NCBI GenBank assembly: GCA_036454645.1
Contig: JAZHSQ010000003.1
Span: forward strand, 20,504 to 84,503
From: Olsenella sp.
GTDB taxonomy: Bacteria > Actinomycetota > Coriobacteriia > Coriobacteriales > Atopobiaceae
Length of the DNA stretch: 64,000 nt
Direction of reading: 5' to 3'
The notes below the pieces were generated by a model. The model saw only the letters and a program-made list of their open reading frames with translations, did not search any database and was not told the DNA's origin. A program made the position numbers and the translations under genes. Position 1 is the first letter of the stretch. Every line of letters starts with the position of its first letter. Positions 1 through 9,105 of this stretch are shown piece by piece.

Positions 1-1040
1 CTCTTGCCGTCCCAGCCGGTGCACTCGTCGGTGACGAGCGTGGTCTTGACGCCCTTGTCCTCGAGGCGCTTGGCGATCATCACGAGGTCGGAGTCGGGGT
101 TGCCGTAGCCCTCCTCGGAGACGATCACGCCGTCGGCGCCGAGCTCGCAGCAGAGCTTGGCGGTGTAGTCGCAGGTGCGGAACTTGCCGTCGAGGGTCGT
201 GAGCTCGGGGGAGAGGATGTTGCCTATGTAGTTGATGGTCTTGCCGTGCTGTGCGTACAGGTCCTCGATGAGCGAGTTATTCTGGTGCTGGTAGGTGGTG
301 ATCTTGTCGCACGCAGCCACGCAGTTGCCCGAGACCACCGCGTTGTCCAGCTCCTCATTTGGGTGCAGCCAAGTGGGGAGCAAAAGCTTCGCGTCGCAGC
401 CGTAGAAGTACACGTCGTGCAGCAGGCCCTGGGAGATGGTCATCTCCACGTAGGCGACCTTCGGCAGGTCGGGGTACTTGGCGCTCTCCTCGGCGAGGGT
501 CCCCAGCTCGAAGACCTTGGTCTCGTCGGGCTCGACGCCCTTGGCGGCCTGGCCGACGCACTCGGCGGCGCGCAGGCCCGCCAGGCGCATCACGGTCTCG
601 CGCTCGTGCGGCTCGAGGCCGTCCACCGTCTTGATGTCGACGACGATGTTGTAGGTCTTGGAGAACGGCGTCCACTTGGCGCCCTCCCCCCACATGTCGA
701 CGACGCCCTCCTGGAAGCCGACGACGTCGCCGACCGTCACGACCGCGGCGCCCTTGAGCACGGAGACCTTGCCGTCGCCGGCCTGGACGTACTTGCTCGT
801 GACGCCCGGGAAGCCGGGGCGCCCCTCCTTGTAGCGGGGCTCGATGATGTCCTTGATGGGGATGATGCGGACGTGCTCGCCAGGGCGGGCGAAGTCCACC
901 GTGACATCCGTCACCTTGGAGTCCTGCATGATTGCCTGCTTGACCTCTTCAGGACTGACGTACAGCACGCCGTCGCGCACCTCGCACGTCTCGCCGACGT
1001 CAACGTTCTTGATGTGGATAAGGTCTTCCTCAAGCCGCAT
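1..1040 (-). CDS. grdE: Glycine/sarcosine/betaine reductase component B proprotein (GrdE family), 5' part; runs off window edge
   Basis: Absent from ORF track (no stop in window). Manual translation from ATG 1040 (RBS AAGGAG): MRLEEDLIHIKNVDVGETCEVRDGVLYV...ARPGEHVRIIPIKDIIEPR...VVSGNCVAACDKITTYQHQNN...EEGYGNPDSDL; includes the N-C pyruvoyl cleavage motif. Confidence 0.92.
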   Translation of the reverse strand, partial: MRLEEDLIHIKNVDVGETCEVRDGVLYVSPEEVKQAIMQDSKVTDVTVDFARPGEHVRIIPIKDIIEPRYKEGRPGFPGVTSKYVQAGDGKVSVLKGAAVVTVGDVVGFQEGVVDMWGEGAKWTPFSKTYNIVVDIKTVDGLEPHERETVMRLAGLRAAECVGQAAKGVEPDETKVFELGTLAEESAKYPDLPKVAYVEMTISQGLLHDVYFYGCDAKLLLPTWLHPNEELDNAVVSGNCVAACDKITTYQHQNNSLIEDLYAQHGKTINYIGNILSPELTTLDGKFRTCDYTAKLCCELGADGVIVSEEGYGNPDSDLVMIAKRLEDKGVKTTLVTDECTGWDGK

Positions 1041-1109
1041 GTGTCAACATCTCCTTCACGTGTCTCGTGCCTTGCTGGCCTTGCAGAACCGCGTGGGGTT
1101 GGGCCCGGC

Positions 1110-1487
1110 TCAGGCGCACAGGCCGACCCTGCCTCCGGCCTCGCCGCACTCCTCGAGGGCCGCCTGGAGCAGTTCCAGGTCCATCCGGGCGTAGTCCGCG
1201 TCATTGCGCTCGATGCGCCTGCGACCCTCGGTCGCGAGGTCGTAGCTCGCGATGGAGTCCTCGGCGAGCTGGGCCTGCTCGGGCGAGAAGCCCTCGGGCC
1301 GGTCGCTCACGACGATGGACCTGAAGGGGGAGAACATCATCCCGAGGCTCGCGAACAGCGGGTGGGTGATGAGCTCGTGCCCCAGGTAGGTGAGGTCCCT
1401 CGCCCTCACGAGGACGTCCCTGAAGCCGCCCTCCACGAACTCGACGCCCTTGGCGTCCCTGAGGAGGGGGTTGTTGGTGATCACCAT
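1110..1487 (-). CDS. grdX: GrdX family protein
   Basis: MVITNNPLL...ARDLTYLGHELITHPL...SPFRSI...EDSI...DYARMDLELL; GGAGG 8 nt before ATG 1487; directly upstream of grdE. Confidence 0.88.
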   Translation of the reverse strand: MVITNNPLLRDAKGVEFVEGGFRDVLVRARDLTYLGHELITHPLFASLGMMFSPFRSIVVSDRPEGFSPEQAQLAEDSIASYDLATEGRRRIERNDADYARMDLELLQAALEECGEAGGRVGLCA

Positions 1488-1589
1488 CTCGTACACCTCC
1501 CTTCGCATACCTAGACGGGCAATGCGCTAGCCGAGACCAGACGAAATAAAATAATCGGAAAGGAATTTCGTCTATTGGAAGTGTACGTG

Positions 1590-1680
1590 CTTCAAGATTG
1601 TTACGGAATATTGAAGGTTGCACGAACGTTGTGAGGAAATTTCACAGAACGCTTGTTATTTAGGTAACCATGTGTTACCG
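1590..1680. promoter_or_regulatory. AT-rich control region of grdX-grdE with Rex-like and palindromic boxes
   Basis: TGTGA-N7-TCACA 1630-1646; TTGTTA-N6-TAACCA 1653-1670; GGTAAC-N5-GTTACC 1663-1679. Confidence 0.5.
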
Positions 1681-1759
1681 AATTTCGGCACAAGAGCCCC
1701 CGCTCCGCGTCGGCGCGGGACGTGGGCTGTCCTGCCGCCTCTGCTGTCCTGCCTCAGGA

Positions 1760-2635
1760 TTAGGGAAGCTGGGGGATGATCCGCTGCGCGTAGGTCACGA
1801 AGCGCTCTACGGTAGGCGTGTTCTCGCTCTCGGCGGGGATGGCGATGCCCAGGTCGATCGAGCTCGCAGGCTCCACGGGGAGGAGCGCCATCTTGGTGGA
1901 GAGGCCCTGGGTGATCAGGCGGTTGGTGATGACGAGGCCCAGGCCCTGCTCGACCATGCGGAAGGCCGGGTAGTTGTACAGGGTGGAGATGCTGTACTCG
2001 ACCTTCACCCCGGAGCCCTCGATGAGCCTCAGCACGTCCACGTCGGCGCCGTAGGCCGGGAAGATCAGGGTCTCGTCCGCGAGCTGGTCGAGGCTGACGG
2101 AGGACTGGGCCGCCAGGGGGTGGTTCGGCGGGATGGCGACCATCATGGGGTCCTTCCTGAGGAAGACCCAGCGGTACGGGATGGTGGGGAAGTAGCTGTA
2201 GAACCCGATGTCCGCCTGGCGGTTGGCGAGGTAGTTGGCGACCTCCTGCCACACGCCCTCGAAGAGGTGGATCTTGATCCGGGGGTAGTCCTTGTGGAAG
2301 GCGGCGATGACCTCGGGCAGCCACTCGCTCGCCACGCTCGCGTACGAGGCGATGCGCAGGGTGCCGGTCGCGAGCCCCTTGACCTCGGAGATGACCTGGG
2401 TGAGCTGCTCGTCCTTGCCGCAGGCGTCGCGGATGAGGGGGATGAGCCTGACCGCGTTGGGGGTGGGGGAGACGCCCTGCTTGCTGCGGACCAGGAGCGG
2501 GAAGCCGATCTCGCCCTCGAAGGCGTCCATCATGTGGCTTACGCCGGAGGGGGTGTAGCCGAAGTAGCGAGCCGCCTTCGAGAGACTGCCGGTGTCGACC
2601 GCCTTGAGGAAGACCTGCGCCTTCCACATGTCCAC
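1760..2635 (-). CDS. LysR family transcriptional regulator
   Basis: N-terminal HTH FLKAVDTGSLSKAARYFGYTPSGVSH...LLVRSKQGVSPT, then GTLRIA substrate-binding domain; 291 aa. Confidence 0.95.
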   Translation of the reverse strand: MDMWKAQVFLKAVDTGSLSKAARYFGYTPSGVSHMMDAFEGEIGFPLLVRSKQGVSPTPNAVRLIPLIRDACGKDEQLTQVISEVKGLATGTLRIASYASVASEWLPEVIAAFHKDYPRIKIHLFEGVWQEVANYLANRQADIGFYSYFPTIPYRWVFLRKDPMMVAIPPNHPLAAQSSVSLDQLADETLIFPAYGADVDVLRLIEGSGVKVEYSISTLYNYPAFRMVEQGLGLVITNRLITQGLSTKMALLPVEPASSIDLGIAIPAESENTPTVERFVTYAQRIIPQLP

Positions 2636-2819
2636 GCGACCACCCCCAGGTCCTTGTCATATTGTCCTAACAAGCCAGTATCGCCTTTGGCATAGGAGCT
2701 CGCGGGTGAATTCGACCGGCGCCCCGGCAGGGGCGTCAAAAGGTAATCGCCCCCGCGAAGCGCGGGGGCGATCGGCGCGCGTAACATGGGACGATGCGCG
2801 AGGGTGACGCTTAGGAGAC

Positions 2820-3062
2820 CTACAGCATGAGCTCGTGGAGCGACGAGGGCGTGAGGCCGACCTTCTCCATCTCGTCCAGGATCTGCTGCCTGTCGGCGGG
2901 GTCCGCCTTCCAGACCATGCCGCAGCCAGCCGAGATCTGGGGCGGCATGGGGATGATGCGCCCGGGCACGCCGTCGCGCTCGCAGGCGGCCTCCATGGCC
3001 ATCGCGTCGGTGGTGCGGTCGAAGGCGACGATAAGGGTGTTCTTCTTGGGTGAGAGTGGCAT
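2820..3062 (-). CDS. DUF3343 protein (putative Se/S carrier)
   Basis: 80 aa; AFDRTTDAMAME...GRIIPMPPQISAGCG motif; selenium-locus context. Confidence 0.85.
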   Translation of the reverse strand: MPLSPKKNTLIVAFDRTTDAMAMEAACERDGVPGRIIPMPPQISAGCGMVWKADPADRQQILDEMEKVGLTPSSLHELML

Positions 3063-3093
3063 GGTGGTCCTCGCTTCTCGCGGATGTCATTAG

Positions 3094-3112
3094 CATGGAA
3101 ATGATATCCATG
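3094..3112. promoter_or_regulatory. Palindrome in the divergent DUF3343/selD promoter region
   Basis: CATGGA-AATGATA-TCCATG in an AT-rich spacer. Confidence 0.35.
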
Positions 3113-3178
3113 GGGTACTGTTTATAGGTACAGATTATAGTTGCCCGCCGCCAGGCGGGAGGCGAGATGGGAGCACCC

Positions 3179-4222
3179 ATGAGCAAGCACGTCGCGAAGA
3201 AGCTTACGGAGATGACCGCGGCCTCGGGCTGAGCCGCCAAGATGGCGCCCGGCGCCCTCGCTCAGGTCCTGAGCGACCTCCCCAACGTCTTCAACCCCGC
3301 CCTGCTGATCGGCTACGACACGGCGGACGACGCCTACGTCTACAAGGTGAACGACGAGACGGCCATGATCGGCACCGTGGACTTCTTCCCTCCGATGGTG
3401 GACGACCCCTACCTCTTTGGCCAGATCGCGGCCGCCAACGCCCTCTCCGACGTCTACGCCATGGGCGGCGAGCCCAAGATCGCGATGAACCTCCTGTGCT
3501 GGCCCAACTGCCTCGGCGTGGAGATGGCCGGCGAGGTGCTGCGCGGCGGCGCCGACAAGGCCGTGGAGGCCGGCTGCACGATCGCGGGCGGTCACACCAT
3601 CGTGGACGACGAGCCCAAGTACGGCATGTGCGTCACCGGCTTCGCCCGGCCCGAGGACATCCTCGCCAACAGCGCGGCGCGCCCCGGCGACCTGCTCGTC
3701 GCCACGAAGAAGGTCGGCTCCGGCATCCTCAACACCGCCGTCAAGGGCGGGCTGCTCGAGCAGGCCGACATGACCGAGCTCTACCGCCAGATGAGCACCC
3801 TCAACAAGTACGCGGCCGAGGTGGGCCACCACTTCGACGTGCACGCCTGCACCGACATCACGGGCTTCGGCCTGGCCGGCCACCTCTGCGAGATGGCCGA
3901 GGGCGCGGGCCTCACGGCCGTCCTCCGCTATGAGGACGTGCCCCTGATGGACGACGTCGAGGAGTTCGCACGCATGGGCATCATCCCGGCCGGCACCTAC
4001 CGCAACCACGACTACTTCGCGGACCGCGTGAGGGTCTCCGAGGCGCTGCCCCAGGTGGCGGCCGACGTGCTGTTCGACCCGCAGTCCTCGGGTGGCCTCA
4101 TGTTCGCGATCGGCCCCGACGAGGCCGACGAGTTCCAGGACGTGCTCTCCGCTGAGGGCATCGACTCCAACGTGGTCGGCGAGTTCGAGGAGAAGCGGGA
4201 CTGCTTCGTCCGCATCATCTAG
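3179..4222 (+). CDS. selD: Selenide, water dikinase SelD, selenoprotein (Sec at TGA 3230-3232)
   Basis: ATG 3179 gives MSKHVAKKLTEMTAASG-U-AAKMAPG, in frame with track ORF 3242; DDAYVY, VDFFPPMVDDPYLFGQIAAANALSDVYAMGG, GGHT, TDITGFGLAGH, DPQSSGGL. Alternative in-frame ATG at 3167. Confidence 0.96.
3243..3258 (+). promoter_or_regulatory. Candidate bacterial SECIS hairpin of selD
   Basis: GGCG-CCCGG-CGCC stem-loop starting ~11 nt after the UGA. Confidence 0.5.
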
Positions 4223-4253
4223 GCCCGGAAGGCGGGCCAGGAAGGGGAGACCC

Positions 4254-5468
4254 ATGCGCGTCCTCAACGTCTCGGCGCAGAAGCCCGACACCACCGGCAG
4301 CGGCATCTACCTCGCCGAGACGGTGAGGAGCGAGATCGCGATGGGGCACGAGGCCGCCGTCGTCTGCGGCCTCGGGGCCGAGGACGGGACGCCGACCCTG
4401 CCCGCCGCCGCGCGCGTCTACCCCGTGAGGTTCGACACGCCGGAGCTCCCCTTCCACGTCTGCGGGATGTCCGACGTGATGCCCTACCCGGCGACCCGCT
4501 ACCGCGACCTCACGCCGGAGATGGCCGGGCTGCTCGAGCGCGCCTTCACGGCGCGCATCCGCCAGGCGCTCGAGGAGTTCGCCCCCGACGTCGTGGTCTG
4601 CCACCATCTCTACCTCGTCACGGCGCTCGTGCGCGAGTGCGCGCTCGACCTGCCGGTCGGGGCCGTATGCCACTCGACGGGCCTGCGCCAGCTCGCGCAG
4701 ATCCCCTTCGAGCGCGAGCGGATCTGCCGGGACGTCCGTGCGCTCGACGCCGTCTTCGCCCTGCACGAGGCGCAGGCGGCCCGCATCTCGGACGAGCTCG
4801 GCGTGGATCCGAGGCGCATCCACGTCGTGGGCGCCGGCATCAACACCCGCCTCTTCTCGCGCGGCGGTGCCGGGACGCCTGCGCGCCGGCGCGGGCGCAT
4901 CTGCTACGCGGGCAAGATCTGGAGCAAGAAGGGCGTGATGAGCCTCGTCGAGGCGCTCGACCTCATCTCGCCCGAGATGCTGCCGGAGGGCGTCCGCGGC
5001 CTGGAGGTCAGGATGGCGGGTGCCGCCGGCGCCGACCGCGAGGACTTCGAGGCCATCGTCTCGCGGGCCCGGGCCTGCCGCTGGCCGATCGAGTTCCTCG
5101 GCAAGCTGCCCCAGGACCGACTGGCCGACGAGTACCGCGCTGCCGAGGTCTACGTGCTGCCCTCCTTCTACGAGGGGCTGCCGCTCGTGGTGGGGGAGGC
5201 GCTCGCCTGCGGTTGCAAGGACGTGGTGAGCGACCTCCCGGGCCTGCGTCCCTGGTACGCGAGCCACGTGCCCAACGCCCCGATAGTCTGGGTCGAGCCG
5301 CCCCGGATGGCGGGGGTCGACGAGCCGGTTGCGGCCGAGCTGCCGGCCTTCTCGGAGCGCGTCGCCCGCGCCCTCGTGGAGGCCCTGGCGATGCCTGCAC
5401 CCGACTGCGACGTGAGCGCGATGTCGTGGGACCGCATCGCCGCTGACGTGATCGGGGGCTTGCAATAG
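4254..5468 (+). CDS. Glycosyltransferase family 4 (GT-B fold)
   Basis: ATG 4254 after GAAGGGGAG; MRVLNVSAQKPDTTGSGIY, PDVVVCHHLY, ICYAGK, VLPSFYEGLPLVVGEALACG (EX7E). Confidence 0.9.
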   Translation: MRVLNVSAQKPDTTGSGIYLAETVRSEIAMGHEAAVVCGLGAEDGTPTLPAAARVYPVRFDTPELPFHVCGMSDVMPYPATRYRDLTPEMAGLLERAFTARIRQALEEFAPDVVVCHHLYLVTALVRECALDLPVGAVCHSTGLRQLAQIPFERERICRDVRALDAVFALHEAQAARISDELGVDPRRIHVVGAGINTRLFSRGGAGTPARRRGRICYAGKIWSKKGVMSLVEALDLISPEMLPEGVRGLEVRMAGAAGADREDFEAIVSRARACRWPIEFLGKLPQDRLADEYRAAEVYVLPSFYEGLPLVVGEALACGCKDVVSDLPGLRPWYASHVPNAPIVWVEPPRMAGVDEPVAAELPAFSERVARALVEALAMPAPDCDVSAMSWDRIAADVIGGLQ

Positions 5469-5487
5469 TCATCGCGTTTAATATAAT
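5460..5487 (+). promoter_or_regulatory. Sigma70-type promoter for selC
   Basis: TTGCAA (5460-5465) - 16 nt - TATAAT (5482-5487). Confidence 0.6.
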
Positions 5488-5595
5488 CGTTCTCGGATTT
5501 CAGGTGCTCCACCTCCTGGGGTAGTATAGCCAGCGTCGGTGCCGGTGTGTAAAAGCCCGTTGCCGCTCTCTGGGTTCGGAGGGGGAGAGCATTTT

Positions 5596-5692
5596 GGGGG
5601 TAGAAGGGTAACTGGTGTGCCTCCTGGTCTTCAAAACCAGTGTGAGCAGTTGTAGCTGCTCGGGTGGGTTCGATTCCCACCTGCTCCCGCCA
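5596..5692 (+). tRNA. selC: tRNA-Sec (anticodon TCA)
   Basis: 8-bp acceptor stem GGGGGTAG/CTGCTCCC, anticodon arm CTGGT-CT-TCA-AA-ACCAG (TCA 5631-5633), long variable arm GAGCAGT/GCTGCTC, T arm GTGGG-TTCGATT-CCCAC, encoded G-CCA end. Confidence 0.97.
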
Positions 5693-5699
5693 AAGCCTC

Positions 5700-5738
5700 A
5701 GCGGTACCCAAATAGTGTATTTGGGTACCGCTTTTTTT
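5700..5738 (+). terminator. Intrinsic terminator after selC
   Basis: GCGGTACCCAAATA-GTG-TATTTGGGTACCGC perfect 14-bp stem followed by T7. Confidence 0.9.
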
Positions 5739-5762
5739 AGTTGCGCTTGTCTGGAGGTTCGG

Positions 5763-7190
5763 ATGGATCAAAGGCTTCTGATGCAAATCCCCAAGGTGGA
5801 CGTCCTGCTTGCGGAGGAGCCGCTCGTGCGACTTGAGGCGGACTTCACGCACGACCAGATCAAGGACGCCGCCCGCAGCCACCTCCAGTCCCTGCGCGAG
5901 GGCGTGCTCGCCGGCGAGCTCGCAGAGATCGACCCGCCCGAGAAGGTCGCGGAGGCCGTGGCCCGTACGCTCGAGAGCCGCGGCGCCTACAGCCTGCGCC
6001 CCGTCATCAACGCGACCGGCGTGGTCCTGCACACCAACCTCGGGCGCTCGCCGCTCGGCGAGGCCGTGGCCGAGCACGTGGCCGAGGTCGCCGCCGGCTA
6101 CTGCAACCTCGAGTACAACCTGGAGCGCGGCGAGCGCGGCTCGCGTTACAACCACGTCGAGCGCATCATCTGCGAGATCACGGGCGCCGAGGCGGCCATG
6201 GTCGTGAACAACAACGCCGGCGCCGTCTTCCTGATGCTCAACACGCTCTGCAAGGGGCAGGGCGTCGCGGTCTCGCGCGGCGAGCAGGTCGAGATCGGCG
6301 GCTCCTTCCGCGTGCCCGAGATCATGGTGCAGAGCGGCGCCCGCCTGATCGAGGTCGGCACCACCAACAAGACCCACGAGGCGGACTACGCCCGCGCCAT
6401 CGGCGAACAGGGCGCCTCCGCTCTCCTCAAGGTCCACCCCTCCAACTTCGCGATGGTCGGCTTCACGGAGTCCGTCTCCGTGGCGCAGCTCTCCGACCTC
6501 GCGCGCGACTCCGGGGCCCTCGTCCTGTACGACATGGGCTCAGCGCCCCTCTTCCCCAACGAGGTCGCCGGCCTCGACAACCAGGAGACCATCCGTGGCG
6601 TCCTCAGGGACGGCGCGGACGTCGTGTGCTTCTCGGGCGACAAGCTCGCGGGCTCCGCGCAGGGCGGCATCCTGGTGGGCAGGCGCGACCTCATCGAGCG
6701 CATCCGCGCCAACCAGCTCACCCGCATGCTCCGCATCGACAAGCTCTCGCTAGCCGCTCTCGAGATGACCATGCAGCTCTGCCGCGATCCCAGGCTCGCG
6801 CGCCGCGAGGTACCCGTCGTGCGGATGCTGTCCATGACCGCCGACGAGCTCAGGGGTCGCGCCGAGGCCCTCGACGAGGCCATCGCCGCCATCGGTGGCG
6901 TCGAGCACGAGGTCGTCGCCGTGAAGGACGAGCCCGGCGGCGGCTCGCTGCCCGACGTCCTTCTCGACGGCTACGCCGTGAGCGTGACCGTGGCGGGCCT
7001 TGCCCCCGCCGAGCTGGAGCGACGCCTCCGCGAGGCGCCCACGCCGATCGTCGCGCGCGTGAGCAAGGAGCAGGTGCTCCTCTCCGCCCGCACCATCATG
7101 GACGGCGACGTCGAGCGCGTCTGCGCCGCCCTCGCCGAGATCGCGCAGGTCGGCGGCGAGGAGCCGCCCGCGGGAGGTGCTGAGCGATGA
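5763..7190 (+). CDS. selA: L-seryl-tRNA(Sec) selenium transferase
   Basis: GGAGG then ATG 5763; VINATGVVLHTNLGR, VNNNAGAV, SRGEQVEIGGSFRVPE, EVGTTNKT, FSGDKL, GGGSLP. Confidence 0.97.
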   Translation: MDQRLLMQIPKVDVLLAEEPLVRLEADFTHDQIKDAARSHLQSLREGVLAGELAEIDPPEKVAEAVARTLESRGAYSLRPVINATGVVLHTNLGRSPLGEAVAEHVAEVAAGYCNLEYNLERGERGSRYNHVERIICEITGAEAAMVVNNNAGAVFLMLNTLCKGQGVAVSRGEQVEIGGSFRVPEIMVQSGARLIEVGTTNKTHEADYARAIGEQGASALLKVHPSNFAMVGFTESVSVAQLSDLARDSGALVLYDMGSAPLFPNEVAGLDNQETIRGVLRDGADVVCFSGDKLAGSAQGGILVGRRDLIERIRANQLTRMLRIDKLSLAALEMTMQLCRDPRLARREVPVVRMLSMTADELRGRAEALDEAIAAIGGVEHEVVAVKDEPGGGSLPDVLLDGYAVSVTVAGLAPAELERRLREAPTPIVARVSKEQVLLSARTIMDGDVERVCAALAEIAQVGGEEPPAGGAER

Positions 7191-9091
7191 AGCACGTCGT
7201 CATCGGAACCGCGGGCCATGTAGACCACGGCAAGACCTGGCTCACGCGCGCCCTGACGGGCGTCAACACGGACCGCCTCGAGGAGGAGCAGCGCCGCGGC
7301 ATCACGCTCGACCTCGGCTTCGCGCAGCTCGAGCTTCCCAACGGCCAGGACGCCAGCATCGTCGACGTGCCGGGCCACGAGAAGCTCGTGCGCAACATGA
7401 TCGTCGGCGCCACGGGCATCGACGTGGTCCTGCTCGTCGTCGCGGCCGACGAGGGCTTCATGCCTCAGACGCAGGAGCACCTCGACATCCTCCAGCTGCT
7501 CGACGTCAAGAGCGGCATCATCGTCCTCACCAAGAAGGACCTCGTGGACGACGACTGGCTGCAGGTCGTGACCGAGGACACCCGCGAGCGCGTCAAGGGC
7601 ACCTTCCTCGAGAACGCCCCCGTCATCCCCGTGTCCGCCGAGACGGGCGAGAACATCGAGCTGCTCAAGCGCGAGATCGTGAAGATCGTGGAGCACGCGG
7701 ACCTCAAGCGCACCGACAACCCCTTCCGCCTCCCGGTGGACCGCGTCTTCACCAAGAAGGGCTTCGGCACCATCGTGACCGGCACCCTCGTGGACGGGAC
7801 GCTACGCATGGGCGACGTCGCCGACGTCTACCCCCAGGAGGTCACCGCCAAGGTGAGGGGGCTCCAGACCCACAACGTCGCCCAGCCGGAGGTCTACGCC
7901 GGCATGCGCGTCGCCGTCAACCTGACGGGCGTGGACACCTCCGTTATCCGTCGCGGCTGCACCGTGGCCGCCCCGGAGTCGATGCTGCAGGCGAGCCAGG
8001 TCGCGGTCAGGCTCAACCTCCTCCCCGACAGCCCCTACGACGTGCGCAACTCCTCCCAGCTGCACTTCTACCACGGCACGCAGGAGCTCATGGCGAAGGT
8101 CCGCCTGCTCGACCGCGACGTGCTCGAGGCTGGCGACAGCTGCTTCGCTCAGCTCACCCTCAACAAGGAGCTGACGATGAGGAACCAGGACAAGTTCATC
8201 GTCCGGTTCTTCTCGCCCGTGGTGACCGTCGGCGGCGGCGAGATCCTCGAGCCGACCAGCCGCAAGCTGCGCCGCAACGACCAGCGCGTCCTCGCCCACC
8301 TCGCCCACCTCGCGTGGGCTCCGGAGGACCGCGCCCGCCAGATCGTGCTCGACGCGGGCATTCACCCGCTCTCCGTCGCGGAGGTGGCCTCGCTCGCCGG
8401 CATGTCGGAAGGCAGCGTCCAGACCACCCTCGACAAGTTCGTGGAGCAGGGCTCCATCGAGCGGATCGGCCAGGGCTACGTGAGCGAGGAGGCCCTGCAG
8501 GAGCTCTCCGCCGCCACGGCCAAGCTGGTCGGCAACTACCACAGGACCCACACCCTGGACGACGGCATGAGCCTCGGCGAGCTGCGCCAGAGGATCTACC
8601 CCAAGAGCCAGTCGCTCGCCAACGCGCTCATCGACTGGCTCCAGGCCCACGGGGTCATCGAGCAGTCCGGCGGTATCGTGCGCATCCCGGGCTTCGAGCC
8701 CACCTTCACGGACGTGCAGCGCAAGATGCTCGACCAGCTTGACGAGTTCTACCTCAAGGCCGACCTCGAGCCGCCCACCAACGAGGAGGTCACCCAGGCC
8801 TTCCAGGACAGGCACGGCACCTTCAACGAGGTCATGGCCCACATGCTCAAGCGGGGAACGCTCGTGGCGCTCTCGCCCACGACCTCGGTGCACCGCAGCG
8901 CCTACGCCAAGGCCCTCTCGACCTTCATGGGCATGTTCGCCGAGTCGAGCACCGTCGCCATCGGCGACTTCCGCACCAAGCTGGGCGTCTCGCGCAAGTA
9001 CGCCCAGCTCTACCTCGAGTACTTCGACGCCTGTCACATCTCCAAGATGGTCGACGGCGTCCGTGTGCTGGTCAAGCCAAACTTCAACTAG
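7187..9091 (+). CDS. selB: Selenocysteine-specific elongation factor
   Basis: GTAGHVDHGKT, RGITLDLGF, DVPGHE, TKKD, C-terminal winged-helix LGVSRKYA; ATGA overlap with selA. Confidence 0.97.
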   Translation: MKHVVIGTAGHVDHGKTWLTRALTGVNTDRLEEEQRRGITLDLGFAQLELPNGQDASIVDVPGHEKLVRNMIVGATGIDVVLLVVAADEGFMPQTQEHLDILQLLDVKSGIIVLTKKDLVDDDWLQVVTEDTRERVKGTFLENAPVIPVSAETGENIELLKREIVKIVEHADLKRTDNPFRLPVDRVFTKKGFGTIVTGTLVDGTLRMGDVADVYPQEVTAKVRGLQTHNVAQPEVYAGMRVAVNLTGVDTSVIRRGCTVAAPESMLQASQVAVRLNLLPDSPYDVRNSSQLHFYHGTQELMAKVRLLDRDVLEAGDSCFAQLTLNKELTMRNQDKFIVRFFSPVVTVGGGEILEPTSRKLRRNDQRVLAHLAHLAWAPEDRARQIVLDAGIHPLSVAEVASLAGMSEGSVQTTLDKFVEQGSIERIGQGYVSEEALQELSAATAKLVGNYHRTHTLDDGMSLGELRQRIYPKSQSLANALIDWLQAHGVIEQSGGIVRIPGFEPTFTDVQRKMLDQLDEFYLKADLEPPTNEEVTQAFQDRHGTFNEVMAHMLKRGTLVALSPTTSVHRSAYAKALSTFMGMFAESSTVAIGDFRTKLGVSRKYAQLYLEYFDACHISKMVDGVRVLVKPNFN

Positions 9092-9105
9092 AAGGGAGAA
9101 CGTAC

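Noticed and set aside
246-1514. 422-aa plus-strand ORF, and the many similar long antisense or alternate-frame ORFs across the window
   Set aside because: Shadow ORFs of high-GC DNA lying opposite or over recognisable genes (here grdE/grdX); Arg/Pro/Gly-rich with no motifs.
5596-5760. selC as an island integration site
   Set aside because: No integrase and no duplicated tRNA 3' end seen in the window; selA follows directly.
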